Below are positions 51,630-62,839 of a DNA stretch of 64,000 nt, piece after piece. The position numbers and the translations under genes were made by a program. The DNA comes from Mustelus asterias (lineage: Eukaryota), in NCBI RefSeq assembly GCF_964213995.1, contig NC_135808.1, positions 20,522,001-20,586,000 on the forward strand, written 5' to 3'. Every line of letters starts with the position of its first letter. Within the stretch, counting starts at the first letter, position 1. Below the pieces are notes generated by a model. It saw nothing but the letters and a program-made list of their open reading frames with translations. It was not told where the DNA came from and searched no databases.

Positions 51630-52656
51630 CTGTATAAACAGAAAGATTCGCTTAGTCGAGATTGGCCAGCCAAGATGCATGCTTCAGGAACCCCGTTGGG
51701 GAGGGTTTTTGATGAGTTGATATTTGTGCACGAGATCCGTCATTTTAAATTGAGATTAAGAATGTGAGACTTGAATAAAACAAATAAGTAGAATGCGCAA
51801 TCAAACTCTAAAGTATTGCTGAACTCACACAAGATCGGGCTACGTTTTTGCAGAGACGCTGAAGGATATGAGGAGTCTGATCTGTTATAAATAAAATGTC
51901 CTTCTTGCGCTTTGTACCCGTTAACAACATCTCATAGTCATAAAAGCACGTATGTTGAAATGTTTCATTCCTATCAATCAGCATAGTTAATTATTAAAAT
52001 GTCTATCTCTAAAATATACCCATCTACCATCGAATCCCTACAGTGCAGAAGGAGGCCATTTAGCCCATCGAGCCTGCACCGACCACAATCCCACCCAGAC
52101 CCTATCCCCGAAACATCACACATTTACCCTGCTAATCTCCCAATTTCGCATGGCCAATCAACCTAATCCGAACATCTTTGGACTGTGGAAGAAAACCAGA
52201 GCACCCGGAGGAAACCCACACAGACACGGGGAGAATGTGCAAACTCCACACAGACAGTGACCCGAGGCTGGAATTGAACCCAGGTCCCTGACATTGTGAG
52301 GTAGCAGTGCTAGCCACTGTGACACCGTGCCACCCCAAATTGTGCTCTGTTCATAAATTCATAAGGTATAGGAGCAGAATTAGGCCATTCAGCCCATTGA
52401 GTCTACACCGCCATTCGATCATGGCTGATATGCTCCTCATCCCCACTTTCCTGCCTTCTCCCCATCAACCCATTACCAATTAAAAATCTGTCTAACTCCT
52501 TAAATTTACTCACTATCCCAGGATCCACCGCACTTTGGGGTAGCGAATTCCAGATTCACAACCCTTTGGTAGAACTAGTTTCTCCTCAACTCTGAGCGTT
52601 TTGCCTCAAATTGCATTGAAACTCGATATCATAATTCACTTTATGTTGTTGCTTAC

Positions 52657-52691
52657 CTCAGTCTGTGATACGAGCGGACAACTTTGGTCAT
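52657..52691 (-). CDS. Gene C cytoplasmic exon (D)DQSCPLVSQTE
   Basis: Acceptor ttttgaacttgtag, donor GAG|gtaagc. 35 nt, phase 1-0. Confidence 0.65.
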
Positions 52692-55600
52692 CTACAAGTT
52701 CAAAATGTAACGGATAGGAAAATGTCAGTGGAGTTTAATACAATAAGGTGTAGCACAATATTCAGAGCGATAGATTGATGTTTGATGTCAGATAATTCGA
52801 TAGATAGAAAAACATTTATTTGAGCTACATTTCAGCCGTTTAATGACAGAACAGAGGAGTGGAATGGACTGTTTTTGTCTCTGTTTCTATAATGTCTAAT
52901 CGTGCCTCTCAGTGTCTCCTATATTATACTAATAGGGTTAATAAACTTGAATGAATTATTAGTAAGAATGATAAAACAACCCGGTTCCAGAAAAAAATCA
53001 GATAAGTTACCAATTTGTCAAAACTGTATATTTGTGTACGTGGGTGTGTTTCATTCAATGGCTCCAGACAGGGTGCTGACATAACTAACCCCTTGCTATT
53101 TTATCAAGAACTCATGCAGTTCATCTGGACAAGCAGACATGGCTGGGGAATTTGGCAATGTGGTGCTCCCCCGTCACTGCAGCAAAGCACAATTATCTAA
53201 TGAACTTTCAAAGTAGGACTCCGCATTGTTTCACTTTGGAAACAAGAGCATCAACAGTCGAGTCGAAGGGACACAAGACAGACAGACACCTATTTCTACA
53301 AAGTCCGACTGAGATTCACTAGAAACCAGCAATTGCTGGATTACATTTTGAAAGCTTAAGGGTGAACATCATAGAATCCCTGCAGTGCAGAAGGAGGCCA
53401 TCTGGCCCATCGAGTGGGCAGTGACTCGCACAGCATCATACCCAGGCCCTATCCCCATAACCCCTCATACTTACCTGGCTACTCACCCTAACCTATGCAT
53501 CTTAGGACACTAAGGGGCAATTTACCATGGCCAGTCATCAACCTAACTTGTTCATCTTTGGATTGTGGGAAACCGGAGTACCTGGAGGAAGCCCACGCAG
53601 ACATGAGGACACAGACAGTGACCCGAGGCTGGAATTGAACCCGGGTCCCTGGCACTGTGAGGCAGCAGTGCTAACCACTGTGAAATCAAATAGCAAGTGC
53701 AGCAGTCTAATACACTCATAATTAGCGTTCACCGGTGATCAAGCTACATCTATTAAATTGTCACAAGCCTCTGGAGGCAGCATTCACCAGAAACTACACA
53801 TAAAGACAGATAAGATTTTTATAACTCTGGAACAACTGTATGCTCGGGATAAATAAGGATGCTTCTGTCATTTGCATCCAGTGTCAGAAGTAATATGGGC
53901 CTAATGTAGATCTGCAGCAAACATCTGCAGGTGGCACGGTGCCACAATGTTTAGCACTGCTGCCTCACAGCGTCAGGGATCCACGTTTGATTCCCAGCTT
54001 GGGTTACTGTCTGTGTGGAGTTTGCACATTCTCCCCGTGTCTGCTTGGGTTTCCTCCGGGTGCTCCGGTTTCCCCCCACAGTCCAACGATGTGTGGGTTA
54101 GGTTGATTGGCCAATGCTAAATTGACCGGAGTCGGGGATTAGCAGGGCAAATGAGTGTTATGGGAATAGGGCCTGGGTGGGATTATGGTCAGTACAGACT
54201 CAATGGGCCGAATGGCCTCCTTTTGTACGATAGGGATTCTATGATCGTCATTGTAACAGTGCCATTTCTCAGAATTGATATTTCCTCAGAGGAAAAGTGG
54301 GGTGGGGGGGGGGGGGGGGGGGGGCTTATAAAAATGTTGCCAGGGCTAAATAAAGTGTAGCTTTGAGGAGAATTGGATAGGTTTGCGTTATTTTCCTTGG
54401 AACAAAGAAGGCTGAGGAGTGATTTGATAGAGGTGTATAAAGTTATGAGGGGTAGAGACAGAGTGGACAGAATATTTTTTTTCCCTTGGCAAAGAATTCT
54501 AGAGTAAGAAGTTTAACAACACCAGGTTACAGTCCAACGGGTTTATTTGGTAACAAAAGCAAAAGCGTGTGGCTTTTGCTCCCAAATAAACCTGTTGGAC
54601 TTTAACCTGGTGTGGTTAAACTTCTTACTGTGTTTACCCCAGTCCAATGCCGGCATTTCCACATAAAGAATTCTAGAACCAGGGGACATGGATTCAAGAT
54701 AAGTGGCAGTAGGTGCAGAGGGGACATGAGGAAGAACTTTTTATGCAGAGGGTGGTGGGTGTCTGGAATTTGCTGCCCAAGTTGGGGGTGGAGGCAGAGA
54801 CCCTAAAGACTTTGAAAAAGTACATGGATCTGCACCTTAAGTGCTGTAAGATACAGGATTATGGGCAGGGTGCGGGATGGTGGGATTGGAAAGAGAATCA
54901 GAGTGTCTGCAGGCTGGCATGGACAAAATGGGCCGAATGGTCTCCTTCTGTACTGTAACTGTTCTATGTTTCTATGGAAATTGCCGATGTCAAAGTTGTT
55001 ACTGAGTAATTTCCTGCTGTGGGCCAGACACATTAGAGATTGAATTGAGGGCCCTTCAAACTACTTTCACATTTAGACTGGGCAATGGGGAGAATCTCGC
55101 CTCATCTCCCTGCGCCTGACTTAAATCAAGACAGCAGATACAAGTGGCATCATAAGTTCCCTTCTATTCTCTCTCAGGACAGCTACACTTTACTGTTCAC
55201 TGTAACTCAATGAGTGACTTTCTCTAATCGCCGTGTTTGAACCTTTTGGCGCCCAGCCTCACTTCAGCCCAAAATCCAGACTGGGGAGAGTGCTGCACTG
55301 CGCATGGTTGGAGATGTCATCTTTCAGCTGACCATGATTGTTGTAAAAGAACTCTTGGACCTATTCCGAAACAGCAACATAGAAACAAGAAACATAGAAA
55401 ATAAGAAGAGGCCCTTCGAGCCTGCTCCACAATTCATTTTGATCATGGCCGATGATGAAATTCAAGATCCTGATCCTGCTTTCCCCCGGTATTCTTTGAT
55501 CCCTTCAGCTTCAAGAGCTGTATCTAATTTTTTCTCATTGTTAGTGTAGTGATGAGTATCCCTGCTTGTCACACGGTCCACCGGGGTTCAATTTCTTTAT

Positions 55601-56883
55601 CGCAATTTTAAGATGACAACATTTTTGGGGTGGCACGGTGGTTGGCACAGCTGCTTCACAGCGCCAGGGACCCAGGTTCAATTGTGGCCTTGGGTCACTG
55701 TCTGTGCAGAGTCTGCACATTCTCCCTGTGTCTGAGTGGGTTTCCTGCGGGTGCTCTGGTTTCCTCCCAGAGTCCAAAGAAGTGCGGGTTAGGTTTATTG
55801 TCCATGCTCAATTGAACCTAGTGTCAGGGGGATTAGCAGGGTAAATATGTGGGGTTATGGGAATAGGGGCTGGGTGGGATTGTGGTCAGTGCATGGCTTC
55901 CTTCTGTACTGCAGGGATCTATGATTCTCGAAATCACGCAAAGTTTTGGTCTCAACTACTTTCTCTGGGAGTGCATTCCACAAATTTACCACTCTCTGGG
56001 TGAAGAAATTTCTCCTCACCTCAGTTCTAAAAGGTTTACCCCTCATCCTCAAACTTGACCCCTCATTCTGGACTCCCCCACCATTGGGAACATTCTTTCT
56101 GAATCTACCCTGTCCAATCCTGTTAGAATCTTTCTAAGTTTCTATGAAGTCCCCTCACTCTTCTAAACACCAACACGGTGGCACAGTGGTTAGCACTGCA
56201 GCCTCACTGCGCCAGGGTCCCAGGTTCAATTCCAGCCTCAGGTTACTGTCTGTGTGGTGTTTACACGTCCTCCCCGTGTCTGCATGGGTTTCCTCCGAGT
56301 TCTCCAGTTCCCTCCCACAGTCCAAAGATGTATGGGTCAGGTTGATTGGCCATGCCAAATTGCCCCTTAGTGTCAGGGAGATAGCAGGGTAAATGTGTGC
56401 GGTTATGGGAACAGGGCCTGTTGGTACAGATTCGATGGGCCGAATGGCCTTCTTCTGTACTCTAGGGATTCTATAATTACTGACCTAGTCTCTCCTCATG
56501 TGAACAGCAGAGTTTGCAACCAAAATCACCAAATTATATCACTATCACGTTGCTTTTGATGGGACCATGCACAAATTAGTGTTGCTTAGCTGTGTCAACG
56601 TTTACACTGTAACAGGTTTTCCTCGGCTGCAAAGCACTCTTTGGCCTCCTATGGTTATGTGAGGCACCAGATTGATGTATTTTGCTGACACTGGAGCAGA
56701 ACCTTATCATAACACTGATACTTGAGAACTTATTAAAAAATACCTATTTCCAAATGGTCTCCCGCCAGCTGATAATAAATAGAAATCCTCGCATACAAAA
56801 TGCATACTTGTAATACTTCCAATGAACACAATCTGTCACTAGCCGTGTCAAATATTTAAATTCATTCTTATTGAGTTACTTGC

Positions 56884-56951
56884 CAATCAGGTTATCTGTC
56901 GAACTGCTGAATGTCTTCAGATTGTCAGGAGGGGGAGGAGGAAATAAAGTC
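56884..56951 (-). CDS. Gene C cytoplasmic exon (R)TLFPPPPPDNLKTFSSSTDNLI
   Basis: Acceptor tgtttataacacag, non-canonical donor TG|gcaagt. 68 nt, phase 2-1, which is exactly what the flanking exons require. Confidence 0.58.
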
Positions 56952-58952
56952 CTGTGTTATAAACAGAGCAAGAAAAAACAATTGTTAAAGTTCATTTATT
57001 CGTGTCACAGTCGGACTTGCTTAGTGGTTAAAAACTGGGCAGCATGGACAAGTTGAGCCGAAGGGCCGCTTTCCATGCTGTAAACCTCTCTAACTCTATG
57101 TGCGGAATTTTACTGGGACATCTGCTGGAGGTTCGTACGACACTGTCCGAGGCCAATGGAGAGTGCCGGTCTCCGAACCTCGCCTGCCCCCGGAATCGGG
57201 GCGGCCATGCCGGTAAAATTCCGGTGTATAAGTAGGTTTACATTCACACTGTAATGAATTTAATGTGAAAATTATATTTGTTTTCTACATTTTCTTGTAC
57301 AGCTGGGTTGACAGTGGAGTGAACACTCGAAATCTAGGATGGTAGATGTGCCAGGGAATCTAGATACCCATTCCTGAGGCCTAATCAACAGCAACCCCAT
57401 CCGCCCCCACTAAATCAGAAGGACCATAGGGTGATCACAGAGAATGCTGGCGAGGCCAATACCACAGGAGTCCCATCCACTCGACCTACTGGAGGAGGGG
57501 CGACCATGTCTAGATAAAAAAAAGGTACCTTGCCCACTCTTGTCCAATGACACCACTCTTCCTGGCAAAACTGAATGGCCTCCTTCTGTGCCATAATAAC
57601 TATTCTATAATTCTATTGAGCACAGATGATGGACGATTCGAAACATTCACTAACTACATCTGATCAGTTTTGTCTCGTTATTCTGTTGACCAGGAAGCGA
57701 GTTTACTGACTCAACCTTACAAGTCCCTCTATGTTTGTCACTCCCTCTGGCACACCGATATCCGCACCTTTAGGGTGTTCGAGTTACATCCAAATCTGTC
57801 CACAGACACATGACGCATGCAGTGTTACTGTCCCGTTCGGTTGTGCTGTTACCCCGGCAGTATGTCAGAAGGATAGAAACTCAGTGTCATATTTTTGTAT
57901 CATGATGCTTCTGTGAACAACGCTGGGATTTTTATTACATTTAAGGCAATGCACAAATACAAGCTGTTGTTGTAGCACAAATTTAGGCGTCTCCGACAAG
58001 GACCAGATCCTGCCTTAATTGAGTCTCATTAGGTTTCTCAGAGCAGCTCGGGATTCATAAGCGTATGAGAAGTCGAATATACTGGTACTTTCATCTTGAC
58101 GAGAAAGAGTTTTTGCACTGGGGCTGACGCAAAATCACAAGTATCAACTCCTGTCACCTCCGGATTTGAATCCACAGCACGAAAACCAAGTGAGATAGCC
58201 ACCCTTAAATTGTTGTGATAGAATGGCCTCTGGATGTTATGTTATGCGGCACGGTGGCACAGTGGTTAGCAATGCTGCCTCACAGCGCCAGGGACCCGGG
58301 TTCGATTTGTGTGGAATTTGCACAGTCTCCCCGTGTCTGTGTGGGTTTCCTCCGGGTGCTCCGGTTTCCTCCCACACTCCAAAGATGTGCAGGTTAAGTG
58401 GATTGGCAATGCTAAATTGCCCCTCAGTGTCAGGAGGACTAGCTAGGGTAAATGCATTGGGTTATGGGGAGAGGCCCTGGGTCGGACTGTAGCGCAGACT
58501 CGATGGGCCGAATGGCCTACTTCTGCATTGTAGGATTCTATGGCGCTTTCTTGCATCTATACCCGCTGGAGCACCCAACGAGATGTAATGTGGTGTGACA
58601 GGGAGCCCTGCTTGTGTCTTCTGAGCCCGAAGATCAGTTGCTAGGGAGATGCGCGGAAGGCCACATACTCGCTCAATACTACCCAAAACAATAAGGACAT
58701 TGCAGTGTAACTGGTTTCTGCTCACTGCAAAATGCACTGTGGAATATCAAAAAACCCGAGCAAACATGGCCATCATTCACAAATAAGCCATTATCTTTGT
58801 CCCAATTGAAAGCCAAAACATACCTCCACTGGCAAACAGTGGAAATGATATGGTTTAGTCTTGTTTCGATGTAGTTACACATGCTCCCAGCACCTTCCAA
58901 TACCAAGCTGGCATTACCACTCCTGAGAGTTATAAAGTCATAGAGATATAGA

Positions 58953-59255
58953 AGGCAGCACATTGGCACAGCGGTTAGCACTGCTGACTCACAGCACCAG
59001 GGAATTGGGTTCAATTCCCGGCTTGGGTCACTGTCTGTGCAGAGTCTGCACGTTCTCCCCATGTCCGCGTTTCCTCGGGTACTCCAGTTTCCTCCCACAA
59101 TCCGAAAGACGTGCTGATTAGGTGCATTGGCCATGCTAAATTCTCCCTCAGTTTACCCGAACAGGAGTGCGGCGACTCGGGGATTTTCACAGTAACTTCA
59201 TTGCAGTGTTGATGTAAGCCCACTTGTGACACCAGTAAATAAATAAACTTTTAAA
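58953..59255 (+). mobile_element. HE1-like SINE variant with an alternative 3' tail
   Basis: Same head and V core, but the tail is …ggggattttcacagtaacttcattgcagtgtt.atgtaagcc.acttgtgac..aataaa. Also at ~8860-9215, 9315-9590, 38598-38888 and 42495-42677. Confidence 0.75.
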
Positions 59256-59422
59256 CTATACAGCACGGAAACAGGGAATTATCCCTCTCAACCTTTCCTA
59301 ACTATGTACTTGTCCAAATTTAAATGTTGTAATTGTACTGCCATATTTAATGGCAGTACACTGAATTTACAGTGATAGCAGCAAGCTAACTGTAAATGTA
59401 ACAGGTTTCTGGCTAAATGTAC

Positions 59423-59463
59423 CTTTCCATGGGCGTGTAGATCGATTGATCTTGGTTTGTATC
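59423..59463 (-). CDS. Gene C cytoplasmic exon DTNQDQSIYTPME
   Basis: Acceptor tttatttgtttcccccag, donor AAG|gtacat. 41 nt, phase 0-2; contains YxxM. Confidence 0.68.
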
Positions 59464-62400
59464 CTGGGGGAAACAAATAAAGCTTTATCAGTGAATATTC
59501 GAATGAAGTGTAATACAATCACACGCAAAGTGAAACATATTTCGGGACTATACGCAAGGGATCATGTTCAAGTAGATTTCCATCTTTAACTTGTCATAAA
59601 GTCAAATATTTATCCAAGGAGATAATTATTTATATAGACCAACACATTCTAATATATTAAAGGAAGAATTCCCCGATGACCTACCACGGGATAAATCATA
59701 ACACACACCCACACACACTCTGTCTATATTTCCCACTGCCTCAGAAAAGCAGCCAGCATAATTAAGGACCCCACACACCTCGGACATTCTCTCTTCCACC
59801 TTCTTCCGTCGGGAAAAAGATACGAAAGTCTGGTGTCACGTACCAACCGACTCAAGAACAGCTTCTTCCCTGCTGCTGTCAGACTTTTGAATGGACCGAC
59901 CTCGCATTAAGTTGATCTTTCTCTGCACCCTAGCTATGACTGTAACACTACATTCTGCACTCTCTCGTTTCCTTCTCTATGAACGGTATGTTTTGTCTGT
60001 ATAGCACGCAAGAAACTATACTTTTCACTGTAGGCTAATACATGTGACAATAATAAATCAAATCTCTCTCACACACCCATTTAGATGCAAACACACATAT
60101 ACTCTCAGATATATGCACAATAGCATTGTACAGTGTGTTATTGGCAGCTATCTTCAGATTGCTTTAAAAAAAAGCACTTGAAGAGTCATCCAGACTCGAA
60201 ACGTTGGCTCTGTTCTCTCTCCACAGATGCTGTCAGACCTGCTGAGATTTTCCAGCATTTTTTGTTTTTGTTTGTGGCACCGAAACGGTGTTGGATGGCT
60301 GAGTCCCGAACATAACTTTATTAAAATGTGACATCAGAGAAATTAATCTCACTATCTTTAACTTGTTACTAAATGACAGGAAATGAAGCAAATGTTCCTA
60401 TTATGTTTAACACTTTATGACACATAGTGAAAAAATCCCTTTGGCACCAATGTTCACATTCACCAAATATCCAACAGATTGGGACTACAGGAGTCTCCTC
60501 ACCATGCTGACATCACCAACACACTCGCACCAGATGAACCAATCTCACTATGTTGACAATTTCCTGTTACATGCAGAAATTTAATTCGACGGTGACTATT
60601 AATTCCTGCATATGACTGAAAACAGCAGAAATGTCAAGATAGCAGACTTTGGGATGTATGATTTAATTAATATGGATCAATGAAAAATAACATGTTCAGT
60701 TGTTCCTGACTGCGGATTTAACACTCACTAAAGCAGGAGCGCTAATACCAGCTTGCTATTGCAAGGTGCTGGGAGTTCTTGTAACTACATCTAAACAAGA
60801 CTAAATCATATCCTTTCCACCGTTTGCCAGTGGGGTCTGTTATGGATATAATGGCTTTTTTTATATTAAACTAAAAAGAGTGCAGAAAAGATTTATTAGG
60901 ATGCTACCGAGTCTTAATGGTTTGAGTCATAAGGAGAGGCTGGATAGACTGGGACTCTTTTCACTGGAGCATAGAAGACTTAGGGGTGATCTTATAGAGG
61001 TCTATAAAATAATGAGAGGCATAGGTCAACTAGATAGTCAACATCTTTTCCCAAAAGTAGGGGAATCTAAAACTAGAGGGCATAGATTTAAGGTGAGAGG
61101 GGAGAGATACAAAAGGGTCCAGAGGGGCAATTTTTTCACACAGAGGATGGTGGGTGTCAGGAACAAGCTGCCAGAGATAGTAGTAGAGGTGGGTACAATT
61201 TTGCCTTTTAAAAAGCGTTTAGACAGTTACATGGGTAAGATGGGTAGAGAGGGATATGGGCCAAATGCGGGCAATTGGGACTAGCTTAGTGGTTTAAAAA
61301 AGGGCGGCATGGACATGTTGGGCCGAAGGGCCTGTTTCCATGGTAAACCTCTATGACTCTATTTATGAATGATGGCCGTGTTTGCTGTGGCTATTTGACA
61401 TCAGCTGAATAGATAAAAATGATAATGGCTGGATTTTGCAGATGTGGAAATGGTGTGGGTCACCACCTTGACAGCTGCCCTCAGAGTTCCTTTACATGGA
61501 CTATAAGTGTGCCGACGTCTTCTGATGTGGCTTCAGATAGAATGAGGCGTCACCTTGTGGGTGCCCTGTGTCATCTGTGAACAGGGCTGAGAACAGTGGG
61601 ACTTGTCAATCCATCAGATTGAAGACTCCTCACTGGCACACAGCGGAGTAACAATTCGTCTTGGGAAGTATAACAAAGTGGGCAATATCAGATTCCTGAT
61701 TGATGATATACTGCACCAGAATGGACGGCAATAGAACTGAATATCAGTTACTGACTATAGTGGATTTAAACAGCCATCTGCGATGGAGTTGTATCCCAGA
61801 GTGTAAACCACGATTCACAGACCATGGAGTACAAATTAGACTTAAATCCTCAACACAAAGTGAAATACGGATAGAATATTACACCTACATTTTCAAATCT
61901 GATACTCATTGTTAGCACTGCTGCCTCACAGCACCAGGGACCTGGGTTCGATTCCGGCCTCTGGTCACAGTCTGCGTGGAGTTTGCACGTGCTCCCCATG
62001 TTTGTGTGGGTTTCCTCTGGGTGCTCCGGTTTCCCCCCATACTCCAAAAATGTGCGGATTAGGTTGATTGGCCATGATAAATTGCCCCTCAGTGACAGGG
62101 GGACTAGAAGGGTAAATATGTGGGATTACGGGGATGGGACCTGGGTAGGATTATTATCGGTGCAGGCTTGATGGGCCGATTGGCCTACTCTGCAGTGTAG
62201 GGATTCTATGATTCTACGAATTAGTTGCCCAGTGCTTTGGAAATATCTCAGTCGGTGCAGACTCAATGGGCCAAATGGCCTCCTTCTGCACTGTTGATTC
62301 TATGATTGAGAGAATGAGGCTTTGCACTTGCGAGATTGATTTCTTTTCTACAGCCAGATAGGTTATTGCTCATTGATTTTCATTCTGTTAATAAGTCACA

Positions 62401-62798
62401 CACGTCTATATACACCAGCTCTAATTAATTCTGGCTCCTTAGGGGGATTAGTTAGGATGTAATTCAGGTTTGAGGGGTTGTCTCCCTCTCAGTGCCAAGA
62501 GTTTGGCAAGGGCAGCACCAGCAGACTGTACAGGGGAATGGGTTATATCAGACAACAGAATCTCAGTTTTCAGAATGAACAGCAGACACCAAGCATTGTG
62601 GTAGGTTTACTGTCAGCCTCAGTTATTCTAGTCATAAAAACTGACCCATGTTCTGTATAGGTATTCGTTCTCAGTCCAATTATACCTGTGTCTAATCTGT
62701 GATTTCATAAAGGGGATAGTGTGGATTTATTGTTCCAAACCTATACTGGGTATGTGAAGTTGAAATAATGCAATTTGTTTTCTAATTAGGTTACTTAC

Positions 62799-62839
62799 CA
62801 GATCTTGCTCCATCTCATCTGGAGGTGACGTTATGTTGT
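62799..62839 (-). CDS. Gene C most 5' exon identified in the window, (x)NITSPPDEMEQDL
   Basis: Branch point and acceptor ctaacttgttttgcag, donor CTG|gtaagt. 41 nt, phase 1-0. The upstream exons are presumably beyond 64000. Confidence 0.68.

Noticed and set aside
51245-52691. Alternative short gene C ending (DDQSCPLVSQTE-VVERK*) or MTKVVRSYHRL frame
   Set aside because: The 98-nt exon at 51532-51629 bridges the phases and keeps all downstream exons coding. The short form could exist only as an ITIM-skipping splice variant, for which there is no evidence.
2781-62171. Recurrent short ORFs such as MVSTAASQ…WVSSGCSGFLPQSK and MDCGRKPEHPEETH
   Set aside because: Translations of HE1-type SINE copies, not a protein family.
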